Made by a program: the position numbers and the translations under genes
From: an uncultured Ignavibacteria bacterium
GTDB taxonomy: Bacteria > Bacteroidota > Ignavibacteria > Kapaibacteriales > Kapaibacteriaceae
Assembly: GCA_903939735.1 (NCBI GenBank)
Contig: CAJAIA010000028.1
Location: forward strand, 115,152-179,151
DNA length: 64,000 nt
Reading direction: 5' to 3'
Shown: positions 11,483 to 19,842 of the stretch, in pieces
Layout of the letters: each line of letters opens with the position of its first letter
How positions within the stretch are numbered: position 1 is the first letter of the stretch
The notes under the pieces: generated by a model
The model's input: the letters and a program-made list of their open reading frames with translations, nothing else
Databases searched by the model: none
What the model was told of the DNA's origin: nothing

Positions 11483-12279
11483 TTCGAGCCGGCATCCAAT
11501 ATTGAGCGCGAGAGAATGCGCTCGAGTTCCATGCGAACCATCCGCTCCACCTCTTGACGCTCAAGTGTTTGCAGATGCGATCCGAGTGCATCGACGCGAT
11601 CGCTGAACTTCTCCAAAGCAGCCGTTGTGGACTGCATGGCATTCATCAGATTGGGATTCGGAACAACGGCATTCACAGCCGCTTCAACGCTGTCGCGCAT
11701 ACTCACGATCATCCCATCCTGCCGCTCAACGAGATCATTCAATGTGCCAGCTATCGTTTCGAGTTGCACGGCCATGGCCGCGTAGTCGCGTCCGATCTCC
11801 CCGAGTTCACGCAACAAATCGTCCGTAGCGCCTGAATTCGATGGTTCGACAGTCAGTTCAGCAACATCCTCGGGAGGCGTGAAGAACATCACGAGGAACA
11901 ACACCATCAGCAGGATCGCCTCAAGCACAATCCCAGCAACCACCAATGACGGCGTATCGATCACACGTGTGCGATTTAACCCCACAGCCACGAGCAGCAA
12001 CGCAGCACCGAAGTACACGAATGCATTGATTGGCGAATAGAAGTAGCGACTGACGATTTCCTGCATCCAAAGGGCTGTTCCAGAGAAGAGGCCCAGAGGA
12101 TGAAGTACGACGACATCACGCTTGGTGGTGCGAATGAGCTCCCGTTCCGTGGTGCAGATAGACCACATCGAACGCAGCGCGCCCAATGCTCCAAGCTGCC
12201 GCTCAAAGCGGAGTTCCTGGTAGATATCCCGAAGGAGTGCGCGTCCGTTGACGCTCGACAGCGTTTCAATCGTTGTCAT
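11479..12279 (-). CDS. gldL: GldL/PorL-like T9SS motor subunit (divergent, possible N-terminal extension)
   Basis: Two adjacent TM helices, AFVYFGAALLLVAVGL and AGIVLEAILLMVLFLVMFF, with an intramembrane Glu. Then FTPPEDV and a helical cytoplasmic tail. Possible starts are TTG 12303, ATG 12279 and ATG 12066; the last gives a classical ~196-aa GldL. Confidence 0.6.
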   Translation of the reverse strand: MTTIETLSSVNGRALLRDIYQELRFERQLGALGALRSMWSICTTERELIRTTKRDVVVLHPLGLFSGTALWMQEIVSRYFYSPINAFVYFGAALLLVAVGLNRTRVIDTPSLVVAGIVLEAILLMVLFLVMFFTPPEDVAELTVEPSNSGATDDLLRELGEIGRDYAAMAVQLETIAGTLNDLVERQDGMIVSMRDSVEAAVNAVVPNPNLMNAMQSTTAALEKFSDRVDALGSHLQTLERQEVERMVRMELERILSRSILDAGSK

Positions 12280-12415
12280 GCGCAGGTGAATTCTCAATGG
12301 CAAAGGGGCTGAGAGACCTCCAATGATACGGAAAGTCCAAACCCGTTGGACTTTGCCGAATCATCGATAGGCCGTATTCTCGCTGTTCATCCCGTGTTTT
12401 GAATCCGGAGTTAGT

Positions 12416-15400
12416 ATGCAGTCCGTCCTCACCACCCTTGCATTCGTCCTTGCGCTTGCCGCCTCGACGATCACCATGCAGGCAGGAGTTTCCCCATCGC
12501 GTAGAGCTCAATCAACTACGCCGCCTGCGTTTGTCGAGAATGTCGGCCAAGCCCGCTTCTCCGATGGACGTGTGGCATCGTATGTCGATGCTACGGTTTC
12601 TCTGCCGGGTGCAGTGGCATACGTTCATGCTACCGGACTGCATATCGCACTTTCACGTGTGCACACTGATACATCGGTTCGCTCCTTCGAACGGACCTAC
12701 GATGTTGACGAGTTTCGCGTCGATATGCGCCTAATCGGAAGCAACCCTTCCCCGCGCCTTGAGCGCCTGCAGCAGGTACCGGGCAACGTTCGCTACATCC
12801 TCCCTGGCATGAGCGAAAAAGGCTCACGGGCCAATCTTCACTCGACTCTCGTGTATCACGATGTATGGCCTGGCATCGACCTCCGCATGTATCTCACGCT
12901 GCAAGGTGTGAAGTACGACTTTGTGGTACATCCGGGGGCAGACCCTCGTCGTATCGCCTTCGCCTATGATGGTGGCGCGCAGCCGACACTGCAACAGAAC
13001 GGTGATTTCTCGATCGCGACACCACTCGGCACCATCGGTGAACGCGCACCCTACGTTATCACGGCAACACCCGACGGTAATGCGGGAAATGTCATCCCAT
13101 CATCATTTGACATTTCTGGACAATCCGTGCGATTCGCCATTGGCGAGTACGATCGTTCGGCAACCTTGATCGTGGATCCACAACGTGTGTGGGCCACATA
13201 CTACGGCTTCAATCAAAGCATCGATGAGTTCCGCTCTGCTGTGGACCCGCAAGGAAACGTAATCGTAGCAGGTTCAACAACGGCGACCAACATGCCGAGC
13301 GTACCGGGCGTGCTCCAGCGTCGCCTCAAGGCAAACGTTGATGGCTTCGTTGCCAAGTTCAACGAATTCGGGACGTTCCTTTGGCACACCTACTACGGTG
13401 GATCGCTGAACGACAAGTTGTTCGATGTAACAACCGATACGAAGGGTGTGATTTGGGTCTGCGGTCAGTCGAACTCGAAGGACCTCCCCAATATCGAACT
13501 CGGCTCAAATGCGTATCCCGTTGATAGCGTTCAGGGCACAGACGGAGTGGTACTTTCGCTCGACGCAAACGGTGCGTGGTCGGACAGCTGGCAGTATTCC
13601 GGACGTGAAGCGGACGTGCTCACAGGTATTGCCGTCAATGCAAACCGCATCGCCGTTGTTGGCTACACGCGGAGTCCGTCATTCGGTGGCAACACAGGAA
13701 ATGCCCCTTGGAAAAAGACACTCGGCACATTCAACAACACAGACATCTTCGTAAGCGTGGTGAAGCCGAAGCCCACGCCAGCAAATCGCTGGCAGAATGA
13801 CTATCTCGTGTTTTACGGCAGCGATGAACTCGAAGTAAGTGGCCGCATCGCGTTTGACCCTCAGGGCAACGTTGTGTTCACCGGTCATACGCAGAATGGA
13901 GCATTCCCAGTTACAGACGGAACGACGTTCAAGGGAATCGAAGACGCCGTTGTTGTCAAGTTCAATCCAACAGCTGGTCGTGTCTGGGCCTCCATGTTTG
14001 GAACGTCCAATCTTGACGAAGTCAACGACATCGCAATCGACAGCACGAGCGCTGTGGTTGTGGTCGGACAGACTCTTGGCAATGACTTCCCAACGGTTAC
14101 ACCGTACAAAGCGACCCGCACGGGATTCACTGATGGCTACATCCGTAAGTACACCGCCGCAGGTGCCGTGCAATGGTCCACCTATTATGGCGGTGATTCA
14201 CTCGACGGACTCTATGGCGTGGCCATTGATAAGAGTAACAACATCTGGGTGGCCGGTTACACACGGTCGACAAATCCTCCGATCTCAAACGACGCAATTC
14301 AGAAGACACTCAATGTTGTCGGCGGTGGTTTCGACGGTTTGATTGGTCAGATGAATCCCGGTGGAACGGCCGTGATCTATGGTTCGTATTACGGAGCACC
14401 TTCGCAGGACAATCCGCCTGTACCGCCCGTTGGCGGACCGGCCCCACCACCGAATACCGACTACGGTAGCGATCTTCTTGTTGATGTCTCGTGCGAGAAG
14501 AATGCCTACGTGGTGTTCCTTGGACGCGTGAGTTCGTATCGCATGGCCACAACTCCTGGAGCATACCAGGACTCCTCGAAGCTCGACAAAGACACGCTGC
14601 GCTTTAACGGCTTTGTGTCGTACTTCAGCAATTGCCGCGACTCTGTCGTGACGATTCAACCGAATGGTCCATCAACGCTTTGCGACGTTGACTCACGTCA
14701 GCTCGTTGGCCCTGCTGGCTTTGCATCGTACCTCTGGTCGACCGGCGTTACAACCCGTAACATCAATGTCACCCAAGCCGGCACGTATTGGGTTGTTTGC
14801 ACCACCACCGATGGTTGCCGCTATCGAGATACCATCGTCATTGGGTCGAATCCAAAACCATCCGTGCGCGCGGGGAACGACACAACGGCGTGCCTCAACA
14901 CGCTCGTTCAGATCACAGCAAATGGCAGCGGTGGAACGCCTCCCTACAAGTACAAATGGCGTCGTGTCGGCGCAGGCTTGCCAGCGATCGACAACGATAC
15001 GCTTCGCACACCGAGCGTCAACCCAGCTGGCAACACAGACTACGAAGTCACACTGACTGATTCAGCTGGCTGTTCTGCAAAGGACACGATCAAGGTGACG
15101 ATCGTCAATCCGAAGCCCGTGATTGCGCCGGCTCTTGTTGACTTTGGAAGCTTGGACGCATGCACGAGCTCGAGCGAAGCTGACATCACCATCGAGAATC
15201 CTGGTCCACAGGAGATTCGCATCACAACGTTTACGCCTGACGATCCTCGCATCAGCCTCGTCACATCACTGGCTGCGCCGATCGTGATCCCACCTCTCGA
15301 CGGCAAGACGCTCCGCGTGCGCGTGTCACCGGCAACGTCGGGAACCATCAACGGTTCCTTCACGCTCGGCGGATTACCATGCAATTGGGTCGCGAAGTAC

Positions 15401-17359
15401 AACTATCGCGTCACCAAGGCTGCTGTGAAGGCAACAGTAATCCCGGGTACCGTGAGCTTTGGCGCTGATGTTAAGTGCAACCAAACTGCGAAGCGCGACT
15501 CAACTGTCATTCGCAACAATGGCAATGACGCAATCACGCTTCTACCTGGAACAGCGATTGCTCCATTCACGGTTGTTTCTCCGACATCAACCGTAACACT
15601 GCAGCCGAACGAGCAGCTGGTAGTGGTATTCCAGTACGACCCAACAACGACTGGCACCTTCACTGATGTCGCGAAGTTCCCGTATACAGCAGGAACGTGC
15701 TCCGACACACTACGGGTCAATCTCAACGCAATCTCGTCTGATGTAACCGTCAATCTCTCATGGACGGATCTCGAAATTGGCACGCTTACAGGGTGTGAGG
15801 TTGAACGTGATACGACACTCACGATTGAGAACACCTCACCTGTTGAAGTGACATTCACCTTCCCTCCATCGGGTGCATCGATCATCTTCACTCCTGGTGG
15901 CACCATACGCATCCCTGCAAGGTCCAGTGTGACCGTAGCATGTACCGTTCGCCCTCCTTCCCCGGGCAACTTCGATGTGTCAGGCACTGCCGTTGTGCAG
16001 CCATGCAACGTGAACATTCCGATGCGCGTTCGCGCTGTGAAGAACGGCCTGGCCTTCAGCACATCACCGCAGATTGAGTTCGGCGAGCTTTCAGGTTGCA
16101 CACCGGCAACATCGGTCACTCGCAAGGGCTTTGTCACCTTCGAAGGAACAGGCACCGCAGCTGTCGTGTCAGTAGCGACATCATCATCGATCACGACAAC
16201 ACTCTCCAACAACCAGGCGCTTGCGCCCGGTCAGCGTGTTGAGTTCGATGTAACATGGACACCAGCAGCCGATGGTGTGTTGAGCGATAGCATCGTGGTT
16301 GTGTTCCAACCATGCGACGTTCGTCAGGTTATCCGGTTGAGTGGCGTAAAGACAACTCCTTCACTCCTCGCGGAGAACGTGAGTATTGCTCTTGGCGCAG
16401 TCCCTGGCAATGCCACGGGCACTACGCGCTTCACAAACAACGGCACTGACACACTCATTGTAACAGTGCTTTCTCGTACTCCGAACGCATTTATCATGGC
16501 ATCCCGTCCATCGGGACTCATCGAGTTGCTTCCAGGCGCTGTGATTGAAGTAGACTACCGTGTAAACTGCGGTGGTCGTGCAACAATCGCAGATACCATT
16601 GAAGCTAGTGTGATTAGGCCTTGCACGCTCAGTGCTGTGACCTCGTTCACTGGCACATGCGAGACAACGCGACCAGCTGCGAGCACAATCGCGATCGATT
16701 CGGTCGCCGTCAAGACCGGCGACATCTTCAAGGTGCCGGTTCGCATTACATCTTCTGATGGCCTCAATGCGAACAACCTGTATGCCTGGACTGCGAAGGT
16801 CACATACAACCCATTGGTTGTTGTTGGCTCAGGCACAGGCACGCCCGACTGTTATCAGGCAGGACAGTTAGCCCCTTGCACCATTGACATCGCAGGTACG
16901 CGCGGCGCTGACTCGCTCGGCGTCCTGTACGAGCTGAACTTTACGGCTATCCTCGGAACAGCCGACATGACCATGCTGACGTTGACCGACTTCGCATGGA
17001 CGAATGGAGCTGCTGCGACAGTGACCGCACGAGATGGCAAAGTGATGATCACCGATATCTGCGCTGCAGGCGGTGATCGCTTCCTCCGACCAGAACGTGA
17101 AGGCTTCGGTATTCGCGTCTTCCCTGTTCCTGCATCATCAGAATTCACAGTCGCCGTTCGCGGTGCTGGCACAGCTCCGCTTACATGGACACTTTCAAAC
17201 TACGTGGGTGTTGAGGTAGCATCTGGCTCGATCACACCGGATGCATCCGGTGTTGGACAAGCTGTTGTTGATGTTCGTACGCTCGGATCAGGATTGTATT
17301 TGCTCACCACGCAAGCGCTGGGTTCGACCTTCAAGAACTCCATCGTTGTTCAACGCTGA
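12416..17359 (+). CDS. Giant secreted T9SS cargo protein (SBBP repeats, SprB-like repeat, tandem ASH/Ig-like domains, cohesin-like domain, CTD)
   Basis: GGAG 5 nt upstream of ATG. Signal peptide MQSVLTTLAFVLALAASTITMQA. N-terminus is paralogous to the CDS at 1..3146. GGTPPYKYKW repeat. At least 5 repeats of the type vdFG.l..C......i.N.G. Cohesin-like IAIDSVAVKTGDIFKVPVRITS. Terminal ...VFPVPASSEFTV...LGSGLYLLTT...SIVVQR. Confidence 0.85.
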   Translation: MQSVLTTLAFVLALAASTITMQAGVSPSRRAQSTTPPAFVENVGQARFSDGRVASYVDATVSLPGAVAYVHATGLHIALSRVHTDTSVRSFERTYDVDEFRVDMRLIGSNPSPRLERLQQVPGNVRYILPGMSEKGSRANLHSTLVYHDVWPGIDLRMYLTLQGVKYDFVVHPGADPRRIAFAYDGGAQPTLQQNGDFSIATPLGTIGERAPYVITATPDGNAGNVIPSSFDISGQSVRFAIGEYDRSATLIVDPQRVWATYYGFNQSIDEFRSAVDPQGNVIVAGSTTATNMPSVPGVLQRRLKANVDGFVAKFNEFGTFLWHTYYGGSLNDKLFDVTTDTKGVIWVCGQSNSKDLPNIELGSNAYPVDSVQGTDGVVLSLDANGAWSDSWQYSGREADVLTGIAVNANRIAVVGYTRSPSFGGNTGNAPWKKTLGTFNNTDIFVSVVKPKPTPANRWQNDYLVFYGSDELEVSGRIAFDPQGNVVFTGHTQNGAFPVTDGTTFKGIEDAVVVKFNPTAGRVWASMFGTSNLDEVNDIAIDSTSAVVVVGQTLGNDFPTVTPYKATRTGFTDGYIRKYTAAGAVQWSTYYGGDSLDGLYGVAIDKSNNIWVAGYTRSTNPPISNDAIQKTLNVVGGGFDGLIGQMNPGGTAVIYGSYYGAPSQDNPPVPPVGGPAPPPNTDYGSDLLVDVSCEKNAYVVFLGRVSSYRMATTPGAYQDSSKLDKDTLRFNGFVSYFSNCRDSVVTIQPNGPSTLCDVDSRQLVGPAGFASYLWSTGVTTRNINVTQAGTYWVVCTTTDGCRYRDTIVIGSNPKPSVRAGNDTTACLNTLVQITANGSGGTPPYKYKWRRVGAGLPAIDNDTLRTPSVNPAGNTDYEVTLTDSAGCSAKDTIKVTIVNPKPVIAPALVDFGSLDACTSSSEADITIENPGPQEIRITTFTPDDPRISLVTSLAAPIVIPPLDGKTLRVRVSPATSGTINGSFTLGGLPCNWVAKYNYRVTKAAVKATVIPGTVSFGADVKCNQTAKRDSTVIRNNGNDAITLLPGTAIAPFTVVSPTSTVTLQPNEQLVVVFQYDPTTTGTFTDVAKFPYTAGTCSDTLRVNLNAISSDVTVNLSWTDLEIGTLTGCEVERDTTLTIENTSPVEVTFTFPPSGASIIFTPGGTIRIPARSSVTVACTVRPPSPGNFDVSGTAVVQPCNVNIPMRVRAVKNGLAFSTSPQIEFGELSGCTPATSVTRKGFVTFEGTGTAAVVSVATSSSITTTLSNNQALAPGQRVEFDVTWTPAADGVLSDSIVVVFQPCDVRQVIRLSGVKTTPSLLAENVSIALGAVPGNATGTTRFTNNGTDTLIVTVLSRTPNAFIMASRPSGLIELLPGAVIEVDYRVNCGGRATIADTIEASVIRPCTLSAVTSFTGTCETTRPAASTIAIDSVAVKTGDIFKVPVRITSSDGLNANNLYAWTAKVTYNPLVVVGSGTGTPDCYQAGQLAPCTIDIAGTRGADSLGVLYELNFTAILGTADMTMLTLTDFAWTNGAAATVTARDGKVMITDICAAGGDRFLRPEREGFGIRVFPVPASSEFTVAVRGAGTAPLTWTLSNYVGVEVASGSITPDASGVGQAVVDVRTLGSGLYLLTTQALGSTFKNSIVVQR

Positions 17360-17374
17360 TAAGGAACACCTCGC

Positions 17375-18223
17375 ATGAAGATCTCACTCGTCGCACTTAC
17401 GCTCGCACTGATGTGTGGTTCCGTTAGCGTCTCTGTTGCACAGGAAACTATGTCGCAGCCGCGCCCTGAGCCAACAAAGATTGTTGAGCCAGCTCCAGTG
17501 ACCGTTGATCAGCGTCAGTTTTCTGTAGGCCTCACTGGCGCATATGCTATCACCGTGAACGGAACCCCAGGCTTTACGCTGCCTACTGTTCCGACGTGCT
17601 GTGCATCGTACAGCTCAACATCGGGCACTGGCGTTATCCTTGGAGGTGTCATCGAGCTACCGCTCGCATCGAAGCTCGAACTCTCGGCGCGCGTGTTGTT
17701 TCAGTCAGCCTCTGTGACGTTCGCAACCAACGAAGAAACCACCATTCGCGTTGCGAACACGGTGGAGTCTACAACCCTCCGTCATACCCTCGAATCGTCC
17801 CAAGGCTATGTCTTTGTCGAACCAGTGCTGGCATATCGCATCGCGGGCGGACTCGACGTTATGGCTGGGCTGCGTATCGGAACGGTGCTATCGGCCACGT
17901 ACTCGCAGGATGAGCGGCTCGTCGACCCAACGCAACCTGTTCGGTTTGAAGATGGCACGACGGTTCGCAACGCCACCAGCGGCGACCTCCCGAACACAAG
18001 CACGATGCAGGCAGGTGCTCTCATTGGACTGCGCTACATGCTACCGATGAATGCAGCCGGAACGCTACAACTGGTTCCTGAAATCAGCTACGCCCCGATG
18101 TTCACCAATCTGGTGTCAGACGCGTCATGGTCGGTGTCCCCGCTTCGTATCGGCGCTTCGATTCTCTTCAGCATCTCGAAGAAGGTTGAGGAAAAGTCGC
18201 CACTGCGCCCCGGCAAGCCGTAA
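17375..18223 (+). CDS. Outer-membrane beta-barrel protein (cargo-adjacent)
   Basis: Lies 16 nt after the cargo stop with AAGGAA upstream. Signal peptide MKISLVALTLALMCGSVSVSVAQ. Amphipathic strand pattern. Confidence 0.7.
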   Translation: MKISLVALTLALMCGSVSVSVAQETMSQPRPEPTKIVEPAPVTVDQRQFSVGLTGAYAITVNGTPGFTLPTVPTCCASYSSTSGTGVILGGVIELPLASKLELSARVLFQSASVTFATNEETTIRVANTVESTTLRHTLESSQGYVFVEPVLAYRIAGGLDVMAGLRIGTVLSATYSQDERLVDPTQPVRFEDGTTVRNATSGDLPNTSTMQAGALIGLRYMLPMNAAGTLQLVPEISYAPMFTNLVSDASWSVSPLRIGASILFSISKKVEEKSPLRPGKP

Positions 18224-18234
18224 CTTTGTCGGCT

Positions 18235-19803
18235 ATGTCCGACCTCACTTCCGAAATCAACCGTCGGCGCACGGTGGCTATCATTAGCCACCCGGATGCC
18301 GGTAAGACAACCCTCACGGAGAAGCTTCTGCTGTATTCTGGTGCAATCCACCAGGCAGGAGCCGTAACCGGCGGTAAGCATCAATCGACGACATCCGACT
18401 GGATGGAGATTGAACAGCAGCGCGGTATCTCGGTATCGTCAAGTGCGATGCGGGTGGACTACAACGGTCTGCTCCTGAACATCCTTGATACGCCAGGTCA
18501 CCAAGACTTCTCGGAAGACACCTATCGTACGCTTATGGCCGTCGACTCGGCCATCATGCTTCTTGATGCAGGCCGCGGTGTTCAGGAACAAACTCTGAAG
18601 CTGTTCAAGGTTTGTCGAGATCGTGGGATCCCTATCATCACCCTGATGAATAAAATGGATCGTCCGTCACGCGATCCGCTGGAGCTCCTCGACGAAGTTG
18701 AGCAAACACTCGGCATCACTGCGATTCCACGCACGTGGCCGATCGGCAACGGACCAGACTTCCGGGGAATTTTCGACCGCACCAACCAGACGCTCTATGC
18801 GTTCGAGCGTACAGTGGGCAACCGCTATAAGGCCCCTGTTTCGATCGGCGACATCCGTGGCGCTGAACTGCGTTCAGCTATCGGTGATCTTGCACACGAC
18901 AAACTTCTTGAGGACCTCGAGTTCGTCGACCACGTGATTCCGACATTCGAACGCGATGCGTATCTCAACGAAGAGTGCACTCCCGTCTATTGGGGATCGG
19001 CAATCACAAACTTTGGTATCGAGCACTTCCTCCAAGCGATCCTCGATCTTGCTCCAACGCCGCAACCATTTACAATGTCGACGGGCACGATTGAACCCTC
19101 AAGTGACGAGTTCGTTGGCTTTGTCTACAAGGTGCAGGCCAATATGAACAAGGCGCATCGCGATCGCATTTCCTTCCTGCGCATCGTGAGCGGCACCTTC
19201 GAGCGCGGCATGTCGGCGCACCACCCACGGTCGGGTCGTGAAACGAAGCTTACCTATCCGTTTGAAATCTTCGGACGTGAACGGAAGATCATCGATGTTG
19301 CCTATCCTGGTGACGTGATCGGTCTAACAAACCCTGGGTTGTTCCAAGTCGGCGATACAATCACCGAGCGATCAAGCGCCACGATACCGTCATTCCCGCG
19401 GTTCGCACCCGAGATCTATGCGAAGGTCTGGCCCGCAACAGGATCGTTCTCGAAGTCCTTCCGCAAGGGCATTGAGCAGTTGCGCGAAGAAGGCGTAATC
19501 CAGATGTTCACCGAGGCTGACGGAAGTCCTGTGCCGTTGGTGGGCGTTGTTGGTGAGCTTCAGATGGAACTCTTCGCTTGGCGTATGGAGAACGAGTACA
19601 ACGAACAGGTGCGCCTCGAGCGCTTGCCGTACACGCGGACGCGGTGGATTGTCGGCGATGGTCGTCCGTCAACGAATGCTCCCGTGGTGCATGATGATCA
19701 AGGACGAGCTGCCGTGCTGTTCAAGAGTGATTGGGAAATCGACTATGTTGTGCAGCGCTCCGAGGGGCTGCAACTCTCCGAAAAGCCCCCTGCTATTGCC
19801 TAG
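18235..19803 (+). CDS. prfC: Peptide chain release factor 3
   Basis: GTPase motifs AIISHPDAGKTTLTEKLL, DTPGHQDF and NKMD. ATG 18235 (MSDLTSEINRRRT) is preferred to the track TTG 18226. Confidence 0.92.
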   Translation: MSDLTSEINRRRTVAIISHPDAGKTTLTEKLLLYSGAIHQAGAVTGGKHQSTTSDWMEIEQQRGISVSSSAMRVDYNGLLLNILDTPGHQDFSEDTYRTLMAVDSAIMLLDAGRGVQEQTLKLFKVCRDRGIPIITLMNKMDRPSRDPLELLDEVEQTLGITAIPRTWPIGNGPDFRGIFDRTNQTLYAFERTVGNRYKAPVSIGDIRGAELRSAIGDLAHDKLLEDLEFVDHVIPTFERDAYLNEECTPVYWGSAITNFGIEHFLQAILDLAPTPQPFTMSTGTIEPSSDEFVGFVYKVQANMNKAHRDRISFLRIVSGTFERGMSAHHPRSGRETKLTYPFEIFGRERKIIDVAYPGDVIGLTNPGLFQVGDTITERSSATIPSFPRFAPEIYAKVWPATGSFSKSFRKGIEQLREEGVIQMFTEADGSPVPLVGVVGELQMELFAWRMENEYNEQVRLERLPYTRTRWIVGDGRPSTNAPVVHDDQGRAAVLFKSDWEIDYVVQRSEGLQLSEKPPAIA

Positions 19804-19842
19804 ATTGCAGGGCATGTATTACCGACCCCGAGGGTAACGGGT

